Part shown: positions 1 through 12,300 of the stretch, in pieces
Position numbering within the stretch: the first letter of the stretch is position 1
How the letters are laid out: every line of letters starts with the position of its first letter
Assembly (NCBI GenBank): GCA_002633005.1
Contig: NMRA01000105.1
Span: 846,010 to 910,009 of the forward strand
Source of the DNA: Phoronis australis
Lineage: Eukaryota > Animalia > Phoronida
DNA length: 64,000 bases
Reading direction: 5' to 3'
Notes under the pieces: model-generated
Told to the model about the DNA's origin: nothing
What the model saw: only the letters and a program-made list of their open reading frames with translations
Databases searched by the model: none
Translations under genes and position numbers: made by a program

Positions 1-1414
1 AAGTGGTCACCATGAGTTTTACTCGTCGATTTTTACGCGCAAAAATATCATCAAAAGGTAGAAAACAGCTTGAATTTACTCAAGAAATTTTAAGTGACTT
101 GAAAATAATGTATGTGACAATGTCAAGAAAATGGGGATAACCTAGGAGCCTAGCCGAAAGTTCTAGGTTTTCAAATTGTTAAAAAATTTAAACAAAACTG
201 TACTGTTCACAATAGTTTTAGAAAATTAATGAAATAGTCAAAAAGAAAAACATATTTGAAGTGACAATTACCCCCTTTTTACAGTTTCGTTTTACCAGTG
301 TAGTGCTATTTCTGATGTCAAAGACAGAAGATAGAACGACAATGCACGTCATCCCAGACACAACTCCCATTTTACACCCTTGTGCACATTTTTAGTGCTC
401 ATGGGTCTCGGTAAAAAACGAAAGGATTCCATTCAAAAATGGCAAACTGATGTCGGTCAAAGTTGTCAGTGCTAGATCATTTCCTCAGCAAACTTTACTT
501 GAATTCCATTAAACAGACGTAGATAGCAAACTTATGTAAGCGCAGGTACTGTAGTTGGTCATCAGACACAAAACCACGAGTGGGTGTAGCAAAAGCTACG
601 TTTATAGGATGGAGTAGACTAAAGATGGCGACCTTACTGGATCATAGGATCAAGATTAAGAATAGTTAATTTTTGATTTGACAAGTTACATACATGTACA
701 TGCTGACAAACCTCCTTAGATCAAAGCGACAGCTCACCAAGATAATTTATAACATGCTCATTCAATAGTTCGTTCATTTCTGTGTGACGTTATCAGGTAC
801 GAATAATGTATGGAAGGAGCGTGGTCTATAATAAGACAATCTAGAAGATCCGCGCCAGCTGACGTCATGAAAAGACAGCAACTTCGCATGTCTGGTGTCT
901 GCAGAAAGTTGTCATGAATTCTCATGAAGTTAATTAAGTGCAAGTTTCATCATTTCCTATGACGTACAACTATCCCAACAAAACAGTTTATGTCACATAA
1001 CAACTCCAGGACATCTTGTGTTGTTGTTTATTATGTCATTGACCAGTGCCTACTCATAGTGAAACCTTATAAGCCAGACAGCTGTCCAGACTCCATTCAT
1101 GTTGATGAGTTGGATGAAATCCACCGAACTCTCAATATTGTTGTTGTTTTGCACTCACAACCCACACATATTTCTATTCGCTAATATATATATTGTAGCT
1201 AGAGTTAATAAACTTTGTGTGTCAGTAGAAACTCAACGACGGGGTTAGTTTTTATGCTGCTCTCCATCGACTTGCTGTTGCTACCTTGCTAGCCAACTGT
1301 CTACTCTTCAACCAAGAACCGGGTAACCCAACTATACTACCACGACCTATCCTCACATTAGTGGAGCCGTATTTTCCACATTACTGATTTCCCCACAAAA
1401 GCCACTACAATCCC

Positions 1415-1465
1415 GTTATTTCACTTTTTCGGTTATTTCACTTTTTCGGTTATTTCACTTTTTCG
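1415..1465. repeat. 17-bp perfect tandem repeat x3
   Basis: (gttatttcactttttcg)3. Confidence 0.9.
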
Positions 1466-2953
1466 CTGCCTAAAAACCTCATTTTAGCCAGCTTAGCTCC
1501 TTATCACAAATCCTTTCATCTTTCTTTTGGGCATTATAGTTGGGCAATCATCACCATATCTTACACCTGCCAGTGTTCATCTACTGTGTAGATCAAATTT
1601 TCCTAAAAAATTCATAATTTATTCATTCAATAACAAAACACAAACAATAACAAATACAGTGACATGTCACAACCACAGGTGTCTCTTATGAGCAAATTAT
1701 AATCATCAGAATACAAATTTTCCAATAGCGGAAGGCATTGCAAATTGTTCCAGGTGAAAACAGCTGCCACCGACTGGCCCAGATCAAAAGATAGTACAAA
1801 TTGCCTCCATAAAATCTCCACAAAACTCCATCCCTATGAGTAACATTTCTAACATTCATTCCAGGACACTCAAAATTATAATTTGAAATATTTCAAATGA
1901 CAGTAGTTGCCTGGCAAAATTGTTCAAGACATTCAACATTTTGGATGTAAACTTTCAGTTCTCCACATCATCCTTACCCCATGTTCCAACAGCCACACAA
2001 GAACCTTCTGCCACCATACGAAGCCCTACCCGTTCATCCTTACTTCTTTCCGGAGTCAATTCAATTAATTTTCTCAGCAACAGTCCATGTTTCAACCGGA
2101 ACTATTTCCAGACATCACATATACCACTTCATAGATTTTGTATCTCTAGAAAAGGCATGTTATGTAAGAGGAAAGTTTTGCAAGTTTAGTGAGATCTTAC
2201 AAGAACATCACCCTATATTGTAACACAACCACTATCTTACAGGTGCTTACAGGACTTTATCCACAAGTCTGCACATTTAGTCAAATATGTACAAAACTAC
2301 AGAATTTTACTCAGAAAAAGTATATCTTTTCTGAAAGTAGACCCAATTGGGTAGAATTTGATTTTTGACTATATATAAATCGGCCATTAATTAGTTTACA
2401 TGACCTTGCCATTTATGCAAATTTAGAAAAAAACAAAAGGTACATTGACAGCAAAACAACAACGAGACCAAATTTCATATTATAAAAACAATCTCAAAAA
2501 CGCTCATAGTTTTCTAAATTATCATTACATTTTCGTTTTAGACAACTTTTTTATAACTTTTTTCTGATAGCTCTTCATGCAAGAGTGGAACATTCTAAGA
2601 ACAATTCGTGAAGATGGTTTGGAGAACGGTGTGAGGAATAGTGTCTGAAACTTGCATGTGAATTTTATCAGCCATTTCTGAGATAGGGCATTCCAAAGTT
2701 GGCCAAAATTGGACATTTTCTAGGGTGCTACATGACCTTAAGTAATCAAATGACGTAACTACAGAAATACCAATGAATGACACTGATTACAAATAGTCCC
2801 TAGTTTTCAACAACACAAAGAATGGCACATAAACATCCAGTCAAGTTCATGACCAACTATATCTTGCTACTACTATATCTCCATTGACTTGTGCGTTAGA
2901 GAACCCACACCAGGTGTCGCCATGATGTTGAACCTATTTTGTGTGCCCTGTGG

Positions 2954-3298
2954 CTCTGATATCCACCAAGGGTATTCCCACACATGTTTGCATCCAGTTG
3001 AGCACTGTGTACTCTTCTGATATCTATCAAGTGGAGTGTACTCCTCTGATATCCATCGAATGTATTTACTCACATGTCCACAGTCAGTTGGGCGCTATGT
3101 ACTCCTCTGATATCTATCAAGTGTATTCAGACATATGTCCACAACCATCACTTGGGCACTGTGTACTCCTCTGATATCTATCACGTGACTGTATTCACAC
3201 AAATGTCCACAGCCAGTTGGGCACTGTGTACTCCTCTGATATTTATCAAGTGTATTCACACAAATGCCCACAGCCAGTTGGGCACTGTGTACTCTTCT
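2954..3298 (-). repeat. ~61-bp tandem repeat derived from the last WDR24 codons and stop (coding unit, 4 degenerate copies, 1 partial)
   Basis: Unit ctctgatatctatcaagtgtattcacacaaatgtccacagccagttgggcactgtgtactc starts at 3234, 3169, 3105, 3044 and 2954, with a partial at 3015. Confidence 0.93.
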
Positions 3299-3381
3299 GT
3301 AGCCACTCTTCGATGTGTTTCAAGTGTCCACCATGACAGCACCCTTGGCACCAAACATACAAACCTTTCACGGGCAGATGA
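3246..3381 (-). CDS. WDR24: WDR24 last coding exon: [45 protein letters not shown]
   Basis: gattcag acceptor, phase 2, C-terminal RING-like zinc finger, TGA followed by TAA. Confidence 0.95.
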
Positions 3382-6300
3382 CTGAATCAAAATAAGATAG
3401 ATATAACATTAGATAGTTTAATTACAGTACTTCACGCCTGTCTACGTAAGAAGTCTGACAATTTGAAACTATAAGTGAACTTACCACTTAGCTTCGTTGC
3501 CTGTCACCATTTAGTTACTTAGTCACAACATTCAGTTTTCAGAAAATATCTAGGATTAAGTGTGAAAAAGTTCTTGCACAACCTGAACACTGTTGACAAA
3601 CTGATGGCTGAGCGTTCTCCAGTTCAATGACTTTACCAGACTATGCTTGTGTCTGATAATATCTGATTCATTTGTAACAGCTGAGAGCAGTCTTTTGTCT
3701 GGTATGACAACATGCAGGCCACTTACCTACTGTAGGATGTTTCAAAGAGTTACTGAAACTGTACCTGGTAATGTGTTCGGACAGAATAGATTCTCTTAAC
3801 TTCAGTTGGAGTTGGGCAATTTTGATGATTCAAAAACTACCACCCGCAGGACCAGCGTTTGACAAGAATTCAGAATTGTTATTGGTTTATATAATTATTC
3901 AAACAGTTTATAACCTATCTCCTATTTTTAACAGCACAGCCCACTGAGGTATCCCAGATTAGAGCAATTATCCATCAAAATGGAGCTGGTCCTTCAACCA
4001 CATATACCACAATGGAGTTGATCAATCATGCAAGGTACTGGCTACACCAGTCAACTAGCTGGCTTGTTAGTTTGTTTTCCGATCCAACAAGTTGGGGTCA
4101 ATGGGAAAACGCCAAAATGATATATTCGTAAGATTCTAAGCAGCCTCTTCCATGAGACCAGGCCACGTCAACTGAGTAACTATGTATTGGTCATCAAAAG
4201 TATTCAATTAGATTTCATCAGGCCTTTGGTGAACTTGCTAGTTTAGATAAGGCAAAATGTCATCGCATTAGGACACCATATGTCAGACAAATGAAATTTT
4301 ATTACTCATTTTCTTCATAAAAGATAAGAAGCATCCATACTATAGCTACCAATAGACAACATTATTAAAAAATCAGCCTTGGCAGTTATTTTTGCTTGAA
4401 ACTAGTGAAATTTTTCCACACGCAGACATATCAGTATCTCCCCCTGGTCGATAAAAGAGGATGGTACTGGTTCTGACTCCTTTCCTGCTCTCACTCACCA
4501 TATACTGCACATGTTGGTCATCTGCTTGCAGCGGTCACACAACCAGCCAGAGCGGGTCAGCTCCTTGGTACATTTAGGGCACGTCGTGTGAACTGTGGTT
4601 GATTGTTGGTTGAGCATAGCAACAGCGGGGTGATTACTCACATTGATAACATGTGTCGCCACTGACCACAGCTCATACTTGCCAAGCAGATCTAATAATT
4701 AAAGAGATTTCATTGACAAAAGCCATTATGGAACATCACAAGGGGAAATAGGATACACAAAGTCACTTTTTGAGTTTTACATAGATTTTGATTACCACAA
4801 CACAAAATTTATTTATGTGTCAACAACATAAGCATGCACACAAAACAAAAATTACACTATGTAATAGCAAACTGGAAAGGGTCTGGTAACATTTTCAGCA
4901 AAAGAAGAAAGCATAGTTTTTAAATTACAAATCTGTCACTACTTTTCGAAGTTAACGTCAAGGTCATTATCTATTTTCCTATAACAGTAATGAACCTTAG
5001 ATCAGCTGCGAAAGTTCTGAGAAGAAAGTTCGTACAGAGTTAACACATTTTTGATAAGTTAGGATATTGATTATGCTTACAAACCAATCAGTAACTTTTA
5101 CACTTTAGTTCTTCCCTCTCATCAAGAGTATAAAAAGCAAATGTGCCTAGCTAGGAAATTCAAATTCTTTAAAAAATTACGTAATTTCATGAATATATAA
5201 TCTTGAAACCGCATGGAAATATACATCATAAACATTTTTAAATCTGGTCTGCAAACCACCTATTGGCCACATAATTAGGTCATGTGATGTGGCCAATAGG
5301 TGCTGTGCAAACCAAACTTGAAAATCTTTGCAATACAACTGATTACCATTTCCATGACCTTAATGGCATAATAACCAACCTTCCACCAGTGACCCAACAT
5401 TATGAACTACTAGACATGCACTCATCATAATACAAGACGAGTTTAACATTCTAGCACACAGGAGATGAGATAATGAGTAATAGTCTGATATTAAGTGCCG
5501 CAATTTGAGAACCAGTTCTCTGCACTGAATGATGGGCATTACGTGGTTCTCAAAATGCGGGCAAATTATATCAGACTATTGCCGAGACTGAATCTCCAAT
5601 CTGGGTATGAAGAGTGACTAGCGACTGAGGAAAAGCAGTGAGGATAACAAAGGTAAAAAACGGTGAGCACTCACCAAGATATGACATGAGCCAGTTCTCC
5701 TGTGTACGCTCGTCAACGAGACTTTTTATTTTGTCTCCCAGCACAATGAGTACAGAGACTGTAGTCTGAATATCTCCCTGAAATGCATACAACAAACTGT
5801 TAGAGCACAGTTAATGTTGCAATACATACAGCATGAGTGCACGCATGTTCAACACTGTACCCATGATTGACACCCTTTTATGCCTACTAAAATTAAATTT
5901 GGTTTTCAAGTGAGAATACCATGTTTCATCACCTGATCGGCGTAATAGTGTAGCATATCTAGTACGAGGTTGGTGTACTGCCACTGAGGGATCTCCATGG
6001 ACACCGAGGTCGAGATCATCTGCTCCTGGCCTCTTTTTGAACTTTCCATGTCGCTCTGTGCAGCAAAGGTGAACTCTGGCTCGTTTAGGCTCGTCGGGGA
6101 GTCAGGAGAGTTTTTCATGGAGCTAAGATGGCCGCTCTTGTCCGCAATCTCGTGTCGCACTTGAAAGGCTTCACTAGGCAGTACCCAGTCCTAAAAGCAA
6201 CGGACGGCAATCCAGCCACTTAACATTCATTGGCTTACAGTAAAAAGTCATGGTATATATTTCTTGTTTGCAAAGTACAGATGTACCACAATTGACCTAT

Positions 6301-9300
6301 CGCAAGCTCCGGCCCTATGCGAAATGTCGACAAACAAACAATAAGTTTTACATGGCAACGTGTTGTTTGTCGGGTAAAATGGCAGCTTGGAAACGAAGGT
6401 GTGTCAAGAATGCTGCATTCTGATTGGTCACATAAGCCATCACTCAAAGTCCAGGCCACGAGTCAAATGGTAATTAAATTAAATTTACATCTTTCAAAAG
6501 CCCAATCTTAAAATTTCGAAATATTAAAACAATAGATGCATCCTGAAATACTTTCTGAACTTTGTGAATATTTTTTCACTATGCAGCTGCTTACAAAGTT
6601 TCCTCGATTATTGCCTCGCCAGATTTAAACTGCATTTTACTTTATTTTTATTCCTCTGACGACAAAGTTTATCGAATCTAGTAAATGTCTTTGACAAGAT
6701 GTTCCTTTTTTGAAAACCTAGGCTATAATTCTGATGTCTCCTTCAGGTAAGTTTAAAACATACATCATTGATTGGATGTTGCAAGTATTCAAAGGCCGAC
6801 TGCTCCATGTCACCCTCATCAAACAGTGGATCCCCCTGGTGGTTGAGCATCATACTAGTCATTGTCTGCAGATGGGAGTCTTGTTCAGAACCCATCTCCA
6901 CATCCGACTCAGAGTCGCTCAGACCTGTGACAGACATGGGATCTTATAAACATGAGAGAACTGCACTGTTATGTTGAATGACAGCAGAACGAACACCGAT
7001 TATATAATTATGTAATAATTATTAGTCTCCTCAAGTGCCATACGAAAAAGACTAATAATTCTTACAGTCGAAGCACTGATTCATAACAACACAATTACGA
7101 ACACTAATTATAGTCACCCCTCAATTTCAATAGCTTTTCTGTATGATGATATACAGTACAGGCCAAAAGAATTCAACCAGACAAAATGACCCAGAATTCC
7201 CTGGCACGGCAGCAGGAAGGAACCCCACTTTACAGTACGCATTCTTGTCTCATGAATGAGAATGAAGGGTAATTAACAAAAAACATGTCTTGATAAGGTG
7301 GCTAGGTCAGTTTGTAACTAGAATTTGCCATACTAATAGTTATCATCAGTCTGCATGGTTAGCAGAAGGTCCTAGGTTGAGTCTCGGTCAGCGGGGCAGA
7401 AATCTCTTCGGACTTATGTTCATTAGGTCACATGATGTGGCCAACAGGTGGCGTGCAGACCAGACTTGAAAATTTTGTGATCTATACTTCCACAGTGGTT
7501 CAAGAATTACTATTTAACTGTTAAAAGAAGTAGTCGTCATGACGGGAACATCAGTTTTGTCTGATTAATTTTGTTTTGTGCTGTACGTTCATAGAAATTC
7601 AATGAAACATCAAATTTTGACAAAAATCGTTTAATAAGCACTAAAGGTATCACCCATAGACATCTTAATACTATAAACCGGGCACATGCGCTACTGCAGC
7701 TGACAACTTGACGCCATATTGGAGAGTGTTACTGGTCACGTGACACGGCTAATTGCTGTGTAAACAAACGGGAAAAACTGCTCTTTTCAAATCGTAACAC
7801 CTAATATAAAGAGGTGGATGAGTGTGAATTTTTTCAGAAAGATACAAAAACATATGCTGTAGCACTTACATGCGTTTTTTAAAGACTAATTAAATCGGGT
7901 GGCATTCTCTATTAAGAGTTAATCAGTCGACAGCGAAAATATGAAACTAACAGAAGATCGCAACCAGTGGCAGATTCTCGAATTGTCTGAGCGGCTGCAC
8001 GCTTGTTATCCACTGTGAGCATTTTATTTCTTTCGTTTTTCAAGAGAAACCAGTAAGATCGCGCGAATTTATCAATTAATTTGAGTCGCTCGATGCAAAT
8101 ACATAACATCCAGGAAGACGTGCTGCTCACTTGGGACGTACTGTTGTTGTGCCCCAATAAGCCTTGAAAGTGACCCCGGGTAACTACGTAAAATTAAAAT
8201 GCGACCCAGGTCGATTTTTATGATTCAAAAACTTTAAGCATGACCAGTTTTTGATGCCATTGGGAATTCAGAAATGTCATTTGGTTTATATTCAAACATT
8301 TTATAACTTTACTTATTCTAACACCACAGCCCAGTGAGTCAATAAGATATGATCTTATTGGAGATTAGAGCAACTATTGAACAAAAGAGAGCTGACCCTC
8401 CAACCCTAAGAATGGACTTAATCAGTCGTCAGTGTGCGATATTGGCTACAGCGGTCATCCGCCCAATTTGTGCTTTACAACAGTTAGACTAAACTCGAGA
8501 ATTCCATAATGTAAAAAGCAAAGAACACAGACTCAATTCCTCTCCAGTGCATCGCTCGGGATTGCCAACAGACAAATACTTTTCTCTCACACACGGTATT
8601 CCTCTCTCACTGATCTGAAGCCAAACCCGATCAAGCACCAGGCACTTGTCGGTGTTTTGTAGTATCCCCACACCGTGTAATTATGTGCTCATAAAGAGAT
8701 CAGCCCCGTTCCCACACATTATTGCAAACCGTTCCAATCCATCCCCGCCCTTAATCTGATATACGAACTGCACGTCCCTCAGTCGCCGAGAAATTTAAAA
8801 TAAATTCTTCTCCCATGCACACTTGGCCTCAGTTCTCACAATTCCAAAATTGACTTTTATAGTAAGAAAACTTGGCTGCGAAAGGAAGATTCTTAACATG
8901 TGGCCAAGTATTTTGGATTAGTCTTCATGCAGTTCAGTAGACAGATATTATATCCTGGCACTAGCAGTATAAAAATGGCCATTTGCCAAGTTGGACAACT
9001 GAACGAAGGACTGCTCGAAAAATTGTGATTGTTTTCGCTTCAGCCCAGCTTCCCCACGTCATATTCCTGGTCTGCACGTCGTTCGGAACTTTCACTCCCT
9101 AATTGCGGCATACATTGAAGAAGTAATATTTCCTTTGCCGCGGGTTACTCAGGTGACCCCCAGACCTTAACATCTGCGTATCAAACATTGTTGAAAGATT
9201 GCAAGTTGCAGGTATCGCGTCTGCTTATCCCAGCCCCCTGTTGCGGAGGAACCCAGTGGCGGATTTAGATGGGGGGTTAAGACCCCCTAAAATTCTCCCA

Positions 9301-12300
9301 GATTCCATTTTGGCAGTTCAGGGGTGCGAAAGTCCGACCGGCAGAATCCTAGCTAATACATGCACGCACCCAGGGGGGGGGGGCTCGGGGGGCTTCTTAG
9401 ATAAATAAAAAGTCCAAGGAGAGGAAACAAAAGTCCACAGGAATTTGGTGCGAATGCACAACGCACGGGGCTGAACCTAGTACCTCGCTTTTTTTAGTAC
9501 TCGTCTTCTTGTTCCAGTAAAAGGTCCACATTACCGCGAAATTCGAGCCCCCCTCTATATATTAGGCTGGGTACGCATGTGATCCTCTGCCTTGCCCCCC
9601 AAATCAAAATTCTGGATCCGCCCCTGGAACCGTTGAATAATGACGGGGCGGGTTTTCACGGATGTGAGGTCATTTTTTCATGAGCTAAAAATTCTCCACA
9701 TTAACTTTAGACCCTGTGAAAAGACTGGTCGGAGTCATTTTTCATGGGGTCATTATTTAATGGTACACCGGCTCAGTTGGCTATATTTCAACTCGGTTTC
9801 CACTGGGAAGTTCTGTATTTTGGGTATAGGTCGCATGCGTTATTCAGTTGTACAGGTTTGATATTTTGATTACTATGTACTTTACTTTTTTGCGCAAGAT
9901 TTGAGTCACAAAACAAAGAGCTCAAAAGCAAGCAATGCAAATCCACAAAATTTCCAATATCAATCTTAACATAAGTACAGATTTTGCGGGGATATGTTTG
10001 TTTTAATAAAACAGAAGAAATCTGATTTTGGAAAACTTATTAAGAAATGAGTTTTTAAAGCAGTATATATTTCAACAGAGAATACATTATTCACTTAGAT
10101 ACTGATTTTGATAGCTAGCGAGTAGGTTCGGGGATGTTATTTTTCAGAACAAGAAAAAATACATATGATTGTCATTGATACCAAATATTTACTTAAGTAC
10201 AATTAACAAACATCATCATCATTGGATAAAAGCATATGATGGTCAATAATTATCTTTTAATTGATCTTATATGGTCTCAATCACCAAGACTGATTTGGAA
10301 ACAATGCATAATCGCTCCGCTTAAACTACGGTGACAGAACATAAAACCTAGTGTCAGCACTTCTAAACTCCATGGCCGAACCAAAAAACCCATGACTCAA
10401 AGGCAGGACCAAAAAACTTAACTCTGGCTGCAAGCATAACACTGCGAGCCCACCGATTTCCTGACTGATGCCGTAGGGCTCCCAGTGTTTTTCGCCATTT
10501 TTGTCCTATGTAACACTCTCCAATATGGCGTCATATTGACAACACGAGCTGCATGTATCTGAGTGGCGCGCGCCCGGTCTATGTGCTGTCTATGGTATCA
10601 CCATTGAACAAAAATATTTGATATAACCATGGTAACACACATTAAACAACTTTTACTGCAGGCTAATCTTTTCCAGGCACATTTTGCGGCCCTTGAATTG
10701 TATAAATAATGGAAATTAAAGTTTTTGTGTAGACAAAAAACATTACTACCTGAGGTTACATCTTGATCACTGAGCATGTTGGCCGCATCTTTGGGTATAA
10801 GGTGAGAGTTGTCAAGACTGGTTTTAGCTGAAAACAAAATTGATATTACAGAACCACACTAGGTAAGAATAGAACAATCACAAGCGTTTTGCATTATGCA
10901 TGTTTACACGCTCAAAATAATATTCACTAGCGAATTCTTAAACACGGAATTACACAATGTACCTGGCAACTCAGGAACAATCCGACAGAAGGATGAAAAC
11001 CATAGCCCCATCTTTTCTCAAATCACAGCAACTTTATGGCAGAGGTGGTGTTGACAAAATGGCATAAAGAACAAAACATTTGCCTGGAACGCGTTGATAC
11101 TTCTGCAAATACTGCTGGCTTTTTTCATCAGCCAACTTTTTCAGTGTTCGTTAGTGCCTGGTATTGTATTTTGGTTCATGTAGAGCTTGAAACTACCATA
11201 GGTAATGTATTGATTTGCAAAATGTAGGCAAACTTGTGCTCCAAAGTGTGACTACCATCTCCAGCATTAAATAGTTATTTAGAGATAGCTTACAAGTAAA
11301 GTTGTAGCTAAACAACTCACTTTACCTTGAACATGGACTTACCTTTGTGTGGATCATGATCAGACGTATTTTTATGGGAACTATCTGGAGCCGCAGTTAG
11401 CATGGACATGGTGCGAGCTGCAGCCGGCGTTGACACTAATGACGAGCAGTAGAGTGACTTCACCATGTTCCAGGTCTGAGCAACCTAAGGATTGGATAAA
11501 GCAGTCAAAATTTAGTATTTTATGTAAACAAAGAATGGATTTATGTTTAATGGCTGGTATTTGTCACATCTAAAAACTTTCAAAATGTCACAGGGAAGTC
11601 TCAATTGTCACATTTTTTGGAGCTTTTTGAATGTATGCATCAACTTTGCATATTAGAGACGCAATATTTGTCAGTGATAACCATGAGTTGTGTAATTTTA
11701 CAGTTTGTGAAAAAAGGAACCACCACTTGATGCAGCATAAGATAACTGAAAACCCAACAAAACACTATCACTAGCAACCAGGTTCACATTTTGTCAGATT
11801 TCTCCTCGTGTCTCAGAAAATCCATTCTCTGCACAAAACGTTATCACACAAGAAACTACTGCATCTAGAAAAAAGAAAATGAATTCAATGTATTTTCATC
11901 AATCAAAAAAAATAACTAAGACCGTGTGGATTACACTTTTCAGGAAGAAGTTTTTTGGCAGTTTTTAGTAGAACATAAACATTAACACTCTTGTTGTTTT
12001 TTCAAGAAAATTGTTTAGAGTGATTTCCTATCTAGACCAGTAGTAAATCGTCAAATTTAATTTAAAATCAAACAGTTATTTACTATTAATGCACAAGGCG
12101 ACATCAACAATGAGAATTGTTGTAAATACAATGTGTATCACAGGGGCGGATCCAGGATTTTTAAAAGGCGGGGTCGGATCAAGGATTTTTATAAAAAGGT
12201 GAGGTACAAGTCAACAATATGAAAATTCTAAACTTGATATCACTAAAATTAAGGGTGAAAGGGGTCCATACCCTCTTTGCCCCCCTGGATCTGCCTGTGT

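Noticed and set aside
2954-3298. CRISPR-like array, or a readthrough-extended WDR24 C-terminus
   Set aside because: Eukaryotic context and no unique spacers. The units are copies of coding sequence, their lengths are not multiples of 3, and the stop is doubled (TGA TAA).
3929-4060. Similarity with ~8320-8460
   Set aside because: Old dispersed-repeat fragment with no definable structure
6285-6330. ccacaattgacctatcgcaagctcc shared with ~62010
   Set aside because: Terminus of a dispersed repeat; no paired ends or TSD found, so not called as an element
7355-7400. tRNA or tRNA-derived SINE-like B-box fragment
   Set aside because: Too degenerate; no cloverleaf can be built
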